From Paraspadella gotoi (lineage: Eukaryota > Animalia > Chaetognatha): DNA of 64,000 nucleotides. Position 1 is the first letter of the stretch. Each line of letters opens with the position of its first letter. The stretch covers positions 13,038,924 through 13,102,923 of the forward strand of contig CM119266.1 of assembly GCA_051294375.1 (NCBI GenBank). Direction: 5' to 3'. Below the pieces are notes generated by a model. It saw nothing but the letters and a program-made list of their open reading frames with translations, was not told the origin of the DNA and ran no database searches. The position numbers were made by a program, and so were the translations under genes. Below are positions 52,401 to 64,000 of this stretch, piece after piece.

Positions 52401-52679
52401 AACTTTCTTGAACAATTAAGTCAGTAATTTTATGAATTACGTGGCTGTCAATTTTCGATGTGACTTTTAAAAAGATGTGGCGCAAGCAAGCAAGCAAGCA
52501 AGCATTGCCATCTTACCTCAAGTCACGCTCCGCTACATCGATTCGCGGTTATGTTAAAACGTCGACATAAACGCAAACTCCTCTCGGCGAGGATCGTCAG
52601 TGAATTCTCGAAGAAAGAACAGAGAGAGATGTCGCTTTTATCGGAAAAAAGGACAATCGGCCCCGTCTTTATCTCCGAT

Positions 52680-53010
52680 TCTCAAAATGGCGCCCGACCT
52701 CGATCTTCGACCGTCATCGACGTCGCTGTTAGGGCGTAAGAACAGCNNNNNNNNNNNNNNNNNNNNNNNNNNNNNNNNNNNNNNNNNNNNNNNNNNNNNN
52801 NNNNNNNNNNNNNNNNNNNNNNNNNNNNNNNNNNNNNNNNNNNNNNNNNNNNNNNNNNNNNNNNNNNNNNNNNNNNNNNNNNNNNNNNNNNNNNNNNNNN
52901 NNNNNNNNNNNNNNNNNNNNNNNNNNNNNNNNNNNNNNNNNNNNNNNNNNNNNNNNNNNNNNNNNNNNNNNNNACGTCACTTCCGGTCGAAGACGAAAAG
53001 GCGGAAGTGG
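52680..53010. promoter_or_regulatory. Housekeeping-type promoter motif cluster (YY1-like, ETS-CRE composite, second ETS)
   Basis: CAAAATGGCG at about 52683, ACGTCACTTCCGG at about 52974-52986 (reverse complement CCGGAAGTGACGT) and GGCGGAAGTG at about 53000, in a CpG-rich context interrupted by a gap. Confidence 0.35.
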
Positions 53011-56000
53011 TTGTAACAGAATGTTAAAGTTTGCAGCGTTACGAAAACTGGGGAAGTGAATGGNNNNNNNNNNNNNNNNNNNNNNNNNNNNNNNNNNNNN
53101 NNNNNNNNNNNNNNNNNNNNNNNNNNNNNNNNNNNNNNNNNNNNNNNNNNNNNNNNNNNNNNNNNNNNNNNNNNNNNNNNNNNNNNNNNNNNNNNNNNNN
53201 NNNNNNNNNNNNNNNNNNNNNNNNNNNNNNNNNNNNNNNNNNNNNNNNNNNNNNNNNNNNNNNNNNNNNNNNNNNNNNNNNNNNNNNNNNNNNNNNNNNN
53301 NNNNNNNNNNNNNNNNNNNNNNNNNNNNNNNNNNNNNNNNNNNNNNNNNNNNNNNNNNNNNNNNNNNNNNNNNNNNNNNNNNNNNNNNNNNNNNNNNNNN
53401 NNNNNNNNNNAGCCTCGAGATTCCGAGACGAAGGTGAACAAATTACCTCCATTTTCTCGACCTTTGACCTTCGTCACGGGGTGAGGTTGAGGTGAGGTTG
53501 AGTTGAAGGTGAGGTAAGGAAGAGGTTTTGTTTTGAGAGAGATTTAGCGAAAGAGAAGTCAGTTCTTTAATCTGTTCTTCGACAAAAATACACAAGGAAA
53601 AAACACGAACACAAAAAAATTCTTAAACAACATCTTAGAAACTTACAAAACTCACCACATATAGTATGTATTTATAAGTTAAAAGTCACTAACATGGGAA
53701 TATTTTATGTACAAATTTCCTCTGAATATTTTCGGTCAGCAAAAGAGGAATCATTAATGGACGACAGCGATGATAACGAATACGACGATAACGACGACGA
53801 CGACGACGAAGTCAGCATCGGCGCCGATAAAAAAAGTGACGCCGACGACGTCCCCGCCGATAACGACGACGCCGGCCGAACGAAAAAAACGCCGGTGATG
53901 AACGACGCCGCATTTTATGTTTCCCCCGATTTCTTCCATCGGCGTCTTTCTTTTTTTCTGGAGGCGCCGTTCACCGTCTGGCGCCGCGCAGCGCGAAATG
54001 GGCGTGGCACGGATCTGGCCGCGGCGCCGCCCGGAAGCGAATCGACGCAGGTGAGGCGAAAAACATCTTTTGTGGGTCAGAAAATCGAGGAAATTGGGGT
54101 CAGGAAAAAAACGCGAGAGTGTGTGGAAATGGAAGAACGTGGGGGGAGGAAGGGGTGGGTGGGGGGGTAAATGGGAAAAGGGTGGGTCGGCGCCGATGGA
54201 AAGATTTTGAAGTGGAGATTGCGGGATGCGTGCTTCTGACTGCGTTTTACGTGATTGAGATTCGTCTGTGCAGAAAATAAAAAAGAAAATGCAAAGAAGC
54301 GGAGTGGAATATATTTACGATTTGCAGTAGGCAAGTCTACAAGATGCAACGTGCAAAATGCAAGATCTACAATACGGTAAAATAGGGTGGAAGGATTGAA
54401 AATAAAATTCAAAGAAACGAAAGAGGGCGTGGAATTGCAAATAGGTGCCCTTCGTTAGCAAATGAAGAGTTTTGAACACGCGACCTAAGAAAGCTTCGTA
54501 CGAAAGACGATGATTCGTTCAACTGACCCATTGTACCGTCCCATTGTCAACAACTCAACGTGACAACGCTAAAAAATCGTCATTCGCTCTCTCAATTCCC
54601 TTACCCTACCAACTACCAACTACCAACTACTAAATACTTACCCCTCTTCTCCACACACCCTACCCCATTTCCAGACTCGATGCGGCTTCGCCTATAAATA
54701 TTGTGGTTCTATTTCTGCTGACGTTTTCTTGGCCAAACATTCGCCTTCTAAAATATTTATGGGAGAGAGGATTCTTTTTTTTTTCCATCGTCCGCCTTTT
54801 TCCCCCCAAATNNNNNNNNNNNNNNNNNNNNNNNNNNNNNNNNNNNNNNNNNNNNNNNNNNNNNNNNNNNNNNNNNNNNNNNNNNNNNNNNNNNNNNNNN
54901 NNNNNNNNNNNNNNNNNNNNNNNNNNNNNNNNNNNNNNNNNNNNNNNNNNNNNNNNNNNNNNNNNNNNNNNNNNNNNNNNNNNNNNNNNNNNNNNNNNNN
55001 NNNNNNNNNNNNNNNNNNNNNNTGAAAGAAAAATGTCGATGGCTGACCCGGTTAGAAAGAAACTAAGAAAGAGGTTAATAGTGGCATTTAACATTCATTG
55101 CTTTTTTTATTGATGAAGACTGAAAAGGGTTTATTTTTTTCTGTCAAGTCTCGATACGAAATTCTGTTGAAAGTTACTTTAAAGCTTATTTGATTTACAG
55201 TAAAGGTCAGTCGACCCTAAAGTTAACACCCAGGAAAAACCGCCTTCAACGACGTCCTCAATGGACGAGGTTGATGGGCCTGACCCTCGAGGTTAATAGA
55301 CATTTGCGTCGCCCATTGATGAGGAGTGACGTGGCGTCGTCGAGCTTTTCCGAGAAATGGATTCGGCGACCTCTCGGCCTCGAAGGACAACGGTCAGGGT
55401 CGAAAATCCATGGGTTGAAAAACGATGACGTTAAGAAGACGGTCAGGGGTTGAAGTTTCTTTATTGATCCTTCTTTTTTATTCATGTCTAATGTCTAACC
55501 TATTCAATTTTTAAATTACTTTCTTTTCTTTTCCTTAGGAAAAACAGTTTTTAAGGTCAACAACGATTTATTATTGGATATAAGTCGGACAAGTTTCAAC
55601 TCTTTATTAAGAGTCTTCTTCAGCGATTTTTAACAATCAACAATTTTCTCTCTTTAACATTAGCTTTGAGAGTGAGAGAGAGGAGGGATTCCAACAAAGA
55701 ATTTAGAAAGGACAGTGGTCAGATGTGAGGACAGGTGAAGGTAAGGACAGGGAAGAAGATAAGATTGGTTGAAACTTGAAAGATGAAAAAATTGAGAGAG
55801 AGAGAGAGAAGCAACAGAGGCAGAGAAAATAATTACATTTAGCAATGTACAACAGAATAATAAATGGAAAAACTTAATACTAAACTAGTAATAACAAAGA
55901 GAAATTAATAATTTAGTTAAATATTAAGAATGAAATGTGAAAGGGAAAAATAAGTTGTTTTCTTTTCCTTAACTTTTCTCTTCTGTTTGGTTTTTCTTTT

Positions 56001-58369
56001 TTTTATTGTCTTCCTATTTTTTAAAAACAAATTTTGATCAAATTTTTTTCAATTCTATATCAAACCCAGTAAGTTTTTTTTTAAATTTATTTTGATATTC
56101 TTAATATTATTTTGAACAAAGACAAATAAATGTAGTGTGACATTTTTTTTATAATCGAGATTCGATTTCTGAGAAACGCCGAGTTGACATTTTTTCGTCG
56201 AGGCGAAAAAATGGAAACAGCCAATGAAAATCATTGTTCAAAATGTCTGTGACAAAATAAATTTGTTTGTATGTTGTATGTACTTTAGTATCAAAAAAGT
56301 ATTTCAATATTTGTAAATGGTATTAAAGTTATGAAACCTAAAGAGACGAAAACCACAGGCTAATGGGAGTGAGTGGTCCTGCTAGATGGGGAGTTTTCAA
56401 AGACGGGAAATTATTATTAACGACTACAGATTTCCGTCGATGTTCCGGATTTGGTTTTGAGCTTTCATCGAAATTGACGACGGAGAAAAAGGTTACCAAA
56501 AAGCAGATCTGTCTGATAAACAAGAGTTTACAATAAAACAAACTATAATATTTCATAAGGAATACACAAATTTGTCTGAAGGACTTGAAGGTATGAGAAA
56601 ATGTATTCGAAAAGAATCTCTTTAGAGTACGTCATGAATTTCGTCTATCTTCGGAAATAACAACGACGACAGTTACGCGGCGACACTTTCGAATCCACAG
56701 ATCGTTGCCAAGGTTAATGATGTCTCTTCAAAAGCAGAAAACCGCGAAGACGTCGTCGTCGTCGTCGTTGTCGTCGTCGTNNNNNNNNNNNNNNNNNNNN
56801 NNNNNNNNNNNNNNNNNNNNNNNNNNNNNNNNNNNNNNNNNNNNNNNNNNNNNNNNNNNNNNNNNNNNNNNNNNNNNNNNNNNNNNNNNNNNNNNNNNNN
56901 NNNNNNNNNNNNNNNNNNNNNNNNNNNNNNNNNNNNNNNNNNNNNNNNNNNNNNNNNNNNNNNNNNNNNNNNNNNNNNNNNNNNNNNNNNNNNNNNNNNN
57001 NNNNNNNNNNNNNNNNNNNNNNNNNNNNNNNNNNNNNNNNNNNNNNNNNNNNNNNNNNNNNNNNNNNNNNNNNNNNNNNNNNNNNNNNNNNNNNNNNNNN
57101 NNNNNNNNNNNNNNNNNNNNNNNNNNNNNNNNNNNNNNNNNNNNNNNNNNNNNNNNNNNNNNNNNNNNNNNNNNNNNNNNNNNNNNNNNNNNNNNNNNNN
57201 NNNNNNNNNNNNNNNNNNNNNNNNNNNNNNNNNNNNNNNNNNNNNNNNNNNNNNNNNTTTTACGATTTTCTTTGTTATTTCTTTATTATGATGGTGCTTA
57301 AATAGGTGACGCCGTGAGCATAAATTTATTTACCATTCCGTTAATAATTGTAGTTTTTGTTAGTTTATATATTTTTTTATCGTTACTTTCATTTTTGCGC
57401 TCAAGACGAGAAATGACGATTTTCCTCCCCCCTCTCTCTCTGTCTCTCTCTCTGTCTCNNNNNNNNNNNNNNNNNNNNNNNNNNNNNNNNNNNNNNNNNN
57501 NNNNNNNNNNNNNNNNNNNNNNNNNNNNNNNNNNNNNNNNNNNNNNNNNNNNNNNNNNNNNNNNNNNNNNNNNNNNNNNNNNNNNNNNNNNNNNNNNNNN
57601 NNNNNNNNNNNNNNNNNNNNNNNNNNNNNNNNNNNNNNNNNNNNNNNNNNNNNNNNNNNNNNNNNNNNNNNNNNNNNNNNNNNNNTCTCTCTCTCTCTCT
57701 CTCTCTCAATTCTCTCGAGTATTGCTTTCTGATTAATATTCTTCACTTTTATGAAGGGTTTGTATTCGTTTTCATTTATTTTGTTTTTTTTAAACATGCT
57801 TGGTTGACTCTCATAACTAGTTTCTATTAATCTTAAGTTTTTTCTTGCTTATTTATTTATTTTTACTTTCCTGCCTCTTATTTCTTTTTATTTTTTTTTC
57901 TTTCTTTCTTTCTTTCTTTCTTTTTTTCTTTCTTTTTCTCTCTCTTTCCCTCATTCTCTCCTCCTTGATTGTCCTTTCATCTAAAAAGCTCGCGGCAAAA
58001 CCTCTCCCCCCCTCTCTCTCTTCCCCCCCTCCCCCCCCACCGCTCAGTTAGAGCTCCATTCAGCTTCGACCTTCGTCAAATTCCGACGCCTCAACTTTTC
58101 TTCGCTTTCATCACCATAAAATTCTATGAAGCTCGATCGCCCGAGGGATTTCCAGCGGTTTATCTGCGGATTCTACGATATTTCTATTTATTCAGTATAC
58201 TGTTTAAATCCACAAACTTATTCACTAAAATATACAGATGAAAAAATTTCAAATTTTATAAACCGTGAGTTGCTTCTTTTTAAAGCCTTAGTTTTTATCC
58301 ACTCAAACTTTTCTCTGAATCAAACTCTCTATTGTCTTTTTCTCATTTTTCACATCTTGCTGCCCCTCA

Positions 58370-58423
<54 letters not shown>

Positions 58424-58634
58424 GTGGTGTCATAGATCTTCCTCAATTCATCCCTCCATCACCATTGCAATCCAAGCACAAGTTCCCCAATTGTCAGGGA
58501 GAGATCTTTTTTTCTCGGTCTGTCTTCTCGAATTTTCTTGAATTTTTTCCATCTCTTTTCTAGATGCATGTAGTGACCACCAGAAGCAAATGAGAGGTAG
58601 AATCAAGTATTGCATTATATTTTTTATGTAATAA

Positions 58635-58716
58635 TCATTTATTCATTCATTCATTTATCATTCATTCATTTATCATTCATTCATTCATTAATTCATTTAT
58701 TATTTATTCATTCATT
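58635..58716 (+). repeat. (TCAT)n degenerate microsatellite
   Basis: Repeated ATTC/TCATTTA units. Confidence 0.8.
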
Positions 58717-59152
58717 TCTTTCTTTCATTCTACAAATAGAACCTACTTTCTGCAATCGCCATCCTTACCTTTCTTCCAACTCTGATTGCGAGAATGGGGA
58801 GTGATGCTCTCACTTCTCGCCAGAGGGCGGAGTCGAGACTTTGTGATCGGAATCGAACCTCGTTAAAGAGGACGAGGAGGAAGAGGAAGGATGAGGAGGA
58901 GGACTATAATGAGGAAGATGTGAAGATTAGTGAGAATGTGGACGGATAGTCGTTGTGAGAATCTTGCTGTGAGACGGCTGTGAGAGAGGAAGTAGGTAAA
59001 CAGTGAGAAGAAGAAAATAAGAGAGAGAAAGAGACAGACAATGTTTAAGAATAAAAAGTTTTCAAACAAAGTCCTCATTCTCACAGCGGGATACAGAGGG
59101 AGAGAGAGAGTGAGAAGAGAGAGAGAGAGAGAGAGAAGAGAGAGAGAGGAGA

Positions 59153-59186
<34 letters not shown>

Positions 59187-59844
59187 GACTGGATTTGACG
59201 GTCTATAAATGTGTAGCGGTAAAAGGCATATTCCTTCATTTACGCCCTTTTGAAAGGAAAAGAAAATGGCCTTCGCGAAAGGAGGAAGTTTGTGATGGTG
59301 GCTGAAGAAAGAAGTCGGTGGTGAAATGATGGATACATACATTTGCTTACCATGTCATTACCAAATGGGATTGTATGTAGTAGATTAACATTTGGCTATT
59401 GGTAGTTGGCAAAAAAATTATGTGAGATTTACTATTGTAGAGAACGTAGAATTTATGAGTTGAAAAGAAGCGTTATGAAATAACTATGTAGATGCTCGAG
59501 ACTTTGTATCACGAAAGTAGAAAATTGGAAAGATGCCAATTTAGAAAATAAATCGAGGAAAGTCTCGCTTCTCTCTCAAAGGACTGGGATGTCGTAGTCA
59601 TCAACATCGTCACCATCGTCGTCGTCGTCGTCATCGTCCCATCAAAACGACCCTCAACGAACATTCCTTCTCCCAATAAAGTAAACACTTTTCCAAACTT
59701 CCTCTCGCGCGACGATGCGACTCCATGCGGCGGGAATTCGTTCTCTCCTTCCACAGACGAAGGCGACTAACCCAGAAAAAGTCCCATTACCGTCTTTAAT
59801 CGCAAAGTCGTTTTCGTCGTCGTCCTCGTCGTATGTCTCAGTGG

Positions 59845-59845
<1 letters not shown>

Positions 59846-59889
<44 letters not shown>
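59846..59889 (+). repeat. (GTC)n microsatellite; similar arrays at about 2372-2402, 2761-2802 and 56751-56780
   Basis: Directly visible trinucleotide arrays. Confidence 0.9.
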
Positions 59890-59894
<5 letters not shown>

Positions 59895-60603
59895 TGTTTG
59901 CATCGTCGCCCAAACATAATAAAAGAAGTTTGAAAGGAAAAGAAGAGATGAAGAGATGGAGGAACCGCGGGGAACCGTCATCCAGGTGAAAACATTCCAG
60001 GGACTAGAAGGCGTCTCTCTGTCTCTGTCTGGCTCTCTCTCTCTCTCTCTCTCTCTTACTCTTACTCTTACTCTCACTCTCTCTCTTTTTCTCTCCCTAT
60101 CTCCTCTTAATAAACTCTGCCTCACAATATCCTCTTAATAGAAAAACGGGACTGATTTATTCAGTAAGGATCCTAATTATATTTTGGCAACGAAGCCTGA
60201 AGAAACGCAAAAAAAAAAAAAGGAAAAAGAAACTTTCACAAGCAGAAAACAATATGAATGGGATATTCACAGTATGGGAACATATCGAATGAGTCAGGAT
60301 ATGTTTAAATAGACAACAGATTCAGAATTTTAGAAAATCCCCATCTTAACTTTTAGTTTAAAAGTTCGCACTGTACATTGTATAATTTACAATGAAGTAA
60401 GAGTAGCACGATAAGATTCCTTTCGGAAATAATTCACTCAAACGAGTGATAACAAATTATTTGATTGTATAAGCCTAAAACATTACTTGCGCGATCTTCC
60501 ACAATTTCCTGATATTAAACCTATTAAGCAATATCAAACAAAAAGTTTTGAAGAACTTAAGTTAAAAATTAGTCATGCTTACAAAAATTTTGTCACTTTA
60601 TTT

Positions 60604-61183
60604 TCACGTCCTGACGGGCCGAGAGCACATGGGCCCGGTCCACTCGGCCGGGCAGAGGCAGTGGCAAGTCTGGTAGGGCATCGCCTCGTGATATCCACCG
60701 TGAATCCTCTCCATCACTCCTCCATTGTGACAGTGAGGCGGGTAAACTTCCTGCCATTTGTGATGCGCCTTCGAACAGTCGAATTTCACTACGAGAAGAT
60801 AATAAAAAAAAATGACTTATCAGCCATTTATAAATATATAAGGCAGATGGAGAAATGAAAGGCTCAATGAGACTCATCTTTGTGGATAAGGTGCTAAGTG
60901 GGGTGAAGACAGCACCTGTGGTTGGAACAAAGTATGATGGTTTTTCACGCCGCAAGGCTGTTTACGGCCGTCCTCACGCTTCTCGCAAGGTAAGTACCCG
61001 GTTGGGATAGAACCCGGTACTTAGTGGGCATGAGCAGATGGCTTTACTTAATGAGCCACTGGGTCAGAACTGAAAGTGTCACGCTTATAGCCCGACTACA
61101 TCTCCCTCGCCCCTCACCGATATGAGATCCGCCGTCGCCTCCTTCATCTTCGAAACCGCCGATCACTTTGTCGCGTTGATCGC
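60604..61183 (-). CDS. Last two exons of an EGF-like-domain protein (5' exons not identified)
   Basis: Exon 61183-61118 (ttattcAG|...ATC G|GTGAGG, phase 1/1) joins exon 60788-60604 (ctcgtAG|) to give ...DQRDKVIGGFEDEGGDGGSHIVKFDCSKAHHKWQEVYPPHCHNGGVMERIHGGYHEAMPYQTCHCLCPAEWTGPMCSRPVRT*. It has six cysteines with CxNGG and CxCPxxWTGxxC. The TGA is immediately followed by AAATAAA. Confidence 0.65.
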
Positions 61184-61325
61184 CTGAATAAGTGAAAATA
61201 ATAAATTTATATTTAACTCTGCAAAATAAATTATAATTCCGAGTGTACCGATTCCTAGTTTCATCTCTCGTATAAAAAATGGGCGGAGTCCCTTTCATCG
61301 TCGCCACGCTCGGTACGTGCCTTTT

Positions 61326-61362
<37 letters not shown>

Positions 61363-61661
61363 TTATCCGTCTCCCTCTACTGCTCTCTCGTCTGTGCCTC
61401 TCCTCTATACTCCTACGCTCCTCATCTCGCTCTCTCTCTCTCCTCTCTCTCTCTCTGTCCTGATCTCTGAAATAGCGCCAATCGTTGCCCTCGTCTGGCC
61501 GGTCGGACGCTTAAAGCCAATATTCACTTTATTCAGTTCACGTTCCATTGTGTTGGTTCTTCCACGGCGGCGGCGACGCCCCCCACCCTCTCTCTCTCTC
61601 ATCTCTCTCTCTCCTCATCTCTCTCTGCTCTCTCTCCTCATCTCTTCTCTCTTCTCTTCCC

Positions 61662-61692
<31 letters not shown>

Positions 61693-63592
61693 CCTCTCTC
61701 TGCTCTTCATCTCTCTCTCACTCTCTCTCTCTCTCTCGTCTCTCGGTTCTTATTGATTCAAAAGAGTATAAAGCTAAACTCAACCGATGCAACATCCCTC
61801 CCCCCGCCAATTTTTCATTGCAAAGAAGAAGAGCGATTAATTAAGATATACACGAAACGAATAACCGACCCCGAGAAATTCTGGCCGAGAAACCGGCGTC
61901 AGTAAAAGAGAAGAAAAGGAACATCGCCGGAACATGATGGCGTCCATATAGATAGTCATGGAAACGAGGCAGCTCTGAAAGCAGGGAGAATTGTATTTGA
62001 CAAAGTTTTCCTGAATTCTGCAACTTATGTAGAGGTAGAAAAAGCAGACGCCCATTGACTCTTGCTCCATTAACAGTCGGAAATCGGCGAGTAGTCTGGG
62101 GTAAGAGAAACGGAGACGGGAAAGAACCGCCGGAAGACGTTATAAGATCGAGGAAGTTCCGGAAACCGACGAAGCGAGAAAAGAAATATGAAAAAAAAAG
62201 TAATATGGACGTCGTTATCTCGTTTTATCATTAAACCTCGACGAGGAATTTTTCTTCTTTCATGACTAGAAATTAAGTTTTAATGGGAAGTCATTCGCGG
62301 GAGGTGAACTGTGTGGGTAATTTACTCGAACAAAGGGATCGTTTATGTTTAAATACTTAATATTTCGTCGTAATTCTAGTTAAAATTTTTGTACTAACAA
62401 CATTTAGGAAAGTTAAAATAAGTACGACCGGATAGGAAAATAGGGGAAAAGTCACGTAACTTCAAAGAACGAAAATCTCCAGGTTATGATTAAATTTAAA
62501 AAAAAAAACTTCATTCTCGATCGTTAAGCTTTTATTCGAGTCACAAATTTTCATAGATTTTTCACTTTTTTTCTCTTCCGACGTCGTTGACGTCAAAACC
62601 TTTTCCGTGAGATGTCGCTAGAGAATTTTCTACGTCGTCGAAAAATAAGAAAAATGNNNNNNNNNNNNNNNNNNNNNNNNNNNNNNNNNNNNNNNNNNNN
62701 NNNNNNNNNNNNNNNNNNNNNNNNNNNNNNNNNNNNNNNNNNNNNNNNNNNNNNNNNNNNNNNNNNNNNNNNNNNNNNNNNNNNNNNNNNNNNNNNNNNN
62801 NNNNNNNNNNNNNNNNNNNNNNNNNNNNNNNNNNNNNNNNNNNNNNNNNNNNNNNNNNNNNNNNNNNNNNNNNNNNNNNNNNNNNNNNNNNNNNNNNNNN
62901 NNNNNNNNNNNNNNNNNNNNNNNNNNNNNNNNNNNNNNNNNNNNNNNNNNNNNNNNNNNNNNCTCTCTCTCTCTCTCTCTCTCTTTTCAAAACTCTTCCC
63001 CCCAGTTACCCGACCACCCAAAACCACCCAAACCACCCTCCAATCTCGCGAGACTTAAACTCCCCCAAACACGCCGTCGAACTCTAAAATGTAAATGGGT
63101 CGGAAAATTTGGAGAACCTAAATTTTCTACGAAAAATTTCCTTCTTTCGGCGAAAATTCGTCGGCGGAAGTGAAAGAATTTCGGTGTTTGTGAAGGAGGG
63201 GGGGAAGGAGTGGGGGAAATCTTATTATATATTTGTGAGAGAGAAAAAGAAAGTAAAAGAAGGTGGTGAAGAATGTGAAGAATGAAGAATTGAAGATATT
63301 AAAGGAAGGAAACGAAATGACAGAAAAGAATGCTATGTACTGTCAAGAAAATAAAACTGAGTTAATAATATCTTTGAAAATTACCACATGAGAAATTAAA
63401 ATACGGTATGAAAATAAAAAACAGTTATTTAGAGGTAAATAAAAATGATAATGTTGAAAGTGGAGTTAAAAAACTGAAGAAGAAAATAACTTGGATGAAA
63501 AAGGAAAGAGCGAGGAGCGAAGCCAACGAGACTCCATAACCGCCAAACATTTACAGCTTTTAAATTTCCTGCGATGAATTTTCACGACGCAT

Positions 63593-63623
63593 AGAGAGAG
63601 AGAAGAAGAGAGAGAGAAGAGAG

Positions 63624-63699
<76 letters not shown>
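63593..63699 (+). repeat. (AG)n microsatellite
   Basis: Directly visible; many similar AG/CT tracts occur throughout the window. Confidence 0.9.
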
Positions 63700-63704
<5 letters not shown>

Positions 63705-64000
63705 AAGAAAAAGAACAGGACCAGACAGAGAGATCTAAAATGTATTCCGGTGGCCTTTAGAGGTTAGTTCATCGGCTTCACATTGACTAACATCAACATC
63801 CCCTCCTCTTCCTCTTCCTCCTCCTTAATTCATCACGTGAAGCCATCCCCGAGTCCGAGCAAAGGACAATCCCTCACCGTGAAGGTGAGTGAACACAGCC
63901 GAAAAAAACCGGTCTTTTCGTGGGAAGGGAGGTTTGGGAATAAGTTTAGAGAGAAAATTTGGAATTAGGTGGAGGGTAAGAGGTAAGTGAAGATAGAAGA

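Noticed and set aside
53694-54170. Acidic ORF MDDSDDNEYDD... with a possible donor at 54050
   Set aside because: The acidic part derives from (GAC)n repeats, no domain was recognised, and no downstream exon could be linked.

Overview
This is gapped, AT-rich animal (invertebrate, probably arthropod-like) genomic scaffold with short GT-AG introns and many (AG)n, (TTTC)n and (TCG)n microsatellites. Positions 4.6-20.7 kb hold a compact gene cluster for which I built phase-consistent exon models: a syntrophin first coding exon (-), an 8-exon gene with a TBATA/SPATIAL-like motif (+), a 7-exon multi-C2H2 zinc-finger gene (-), an intronless tandem-HIT hydrolase (-), and an 11-exon ionotropic glutamate receptor/IR-family gene lacking an amino-terminal domain (-). 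The HIT ORF sits about 155 bp upstream of the zinc-finger gene and apparently shares its leader exon. About 14.2-27.1 kb recurs at about 37.7-49.6 kb as an indel-riddled copy across a 25-N gap, most likely a long-read gap-filling artefact. The intervening 27-37 kb is noisy and contains DINE-1/Helentron-like repeats. Two exons of an EGF-domain protein lie at about 60.6-61.2 kb. No rRNA, tRNA or CRISPR array was recognised. The most interesting candidate system is the HIT/zinc-finger shared-leader arrangement, whose HIT enzyme is a single-chain, half-inactive HIT pseudodimer. All family assignments are from remembered motifs, not from searches.
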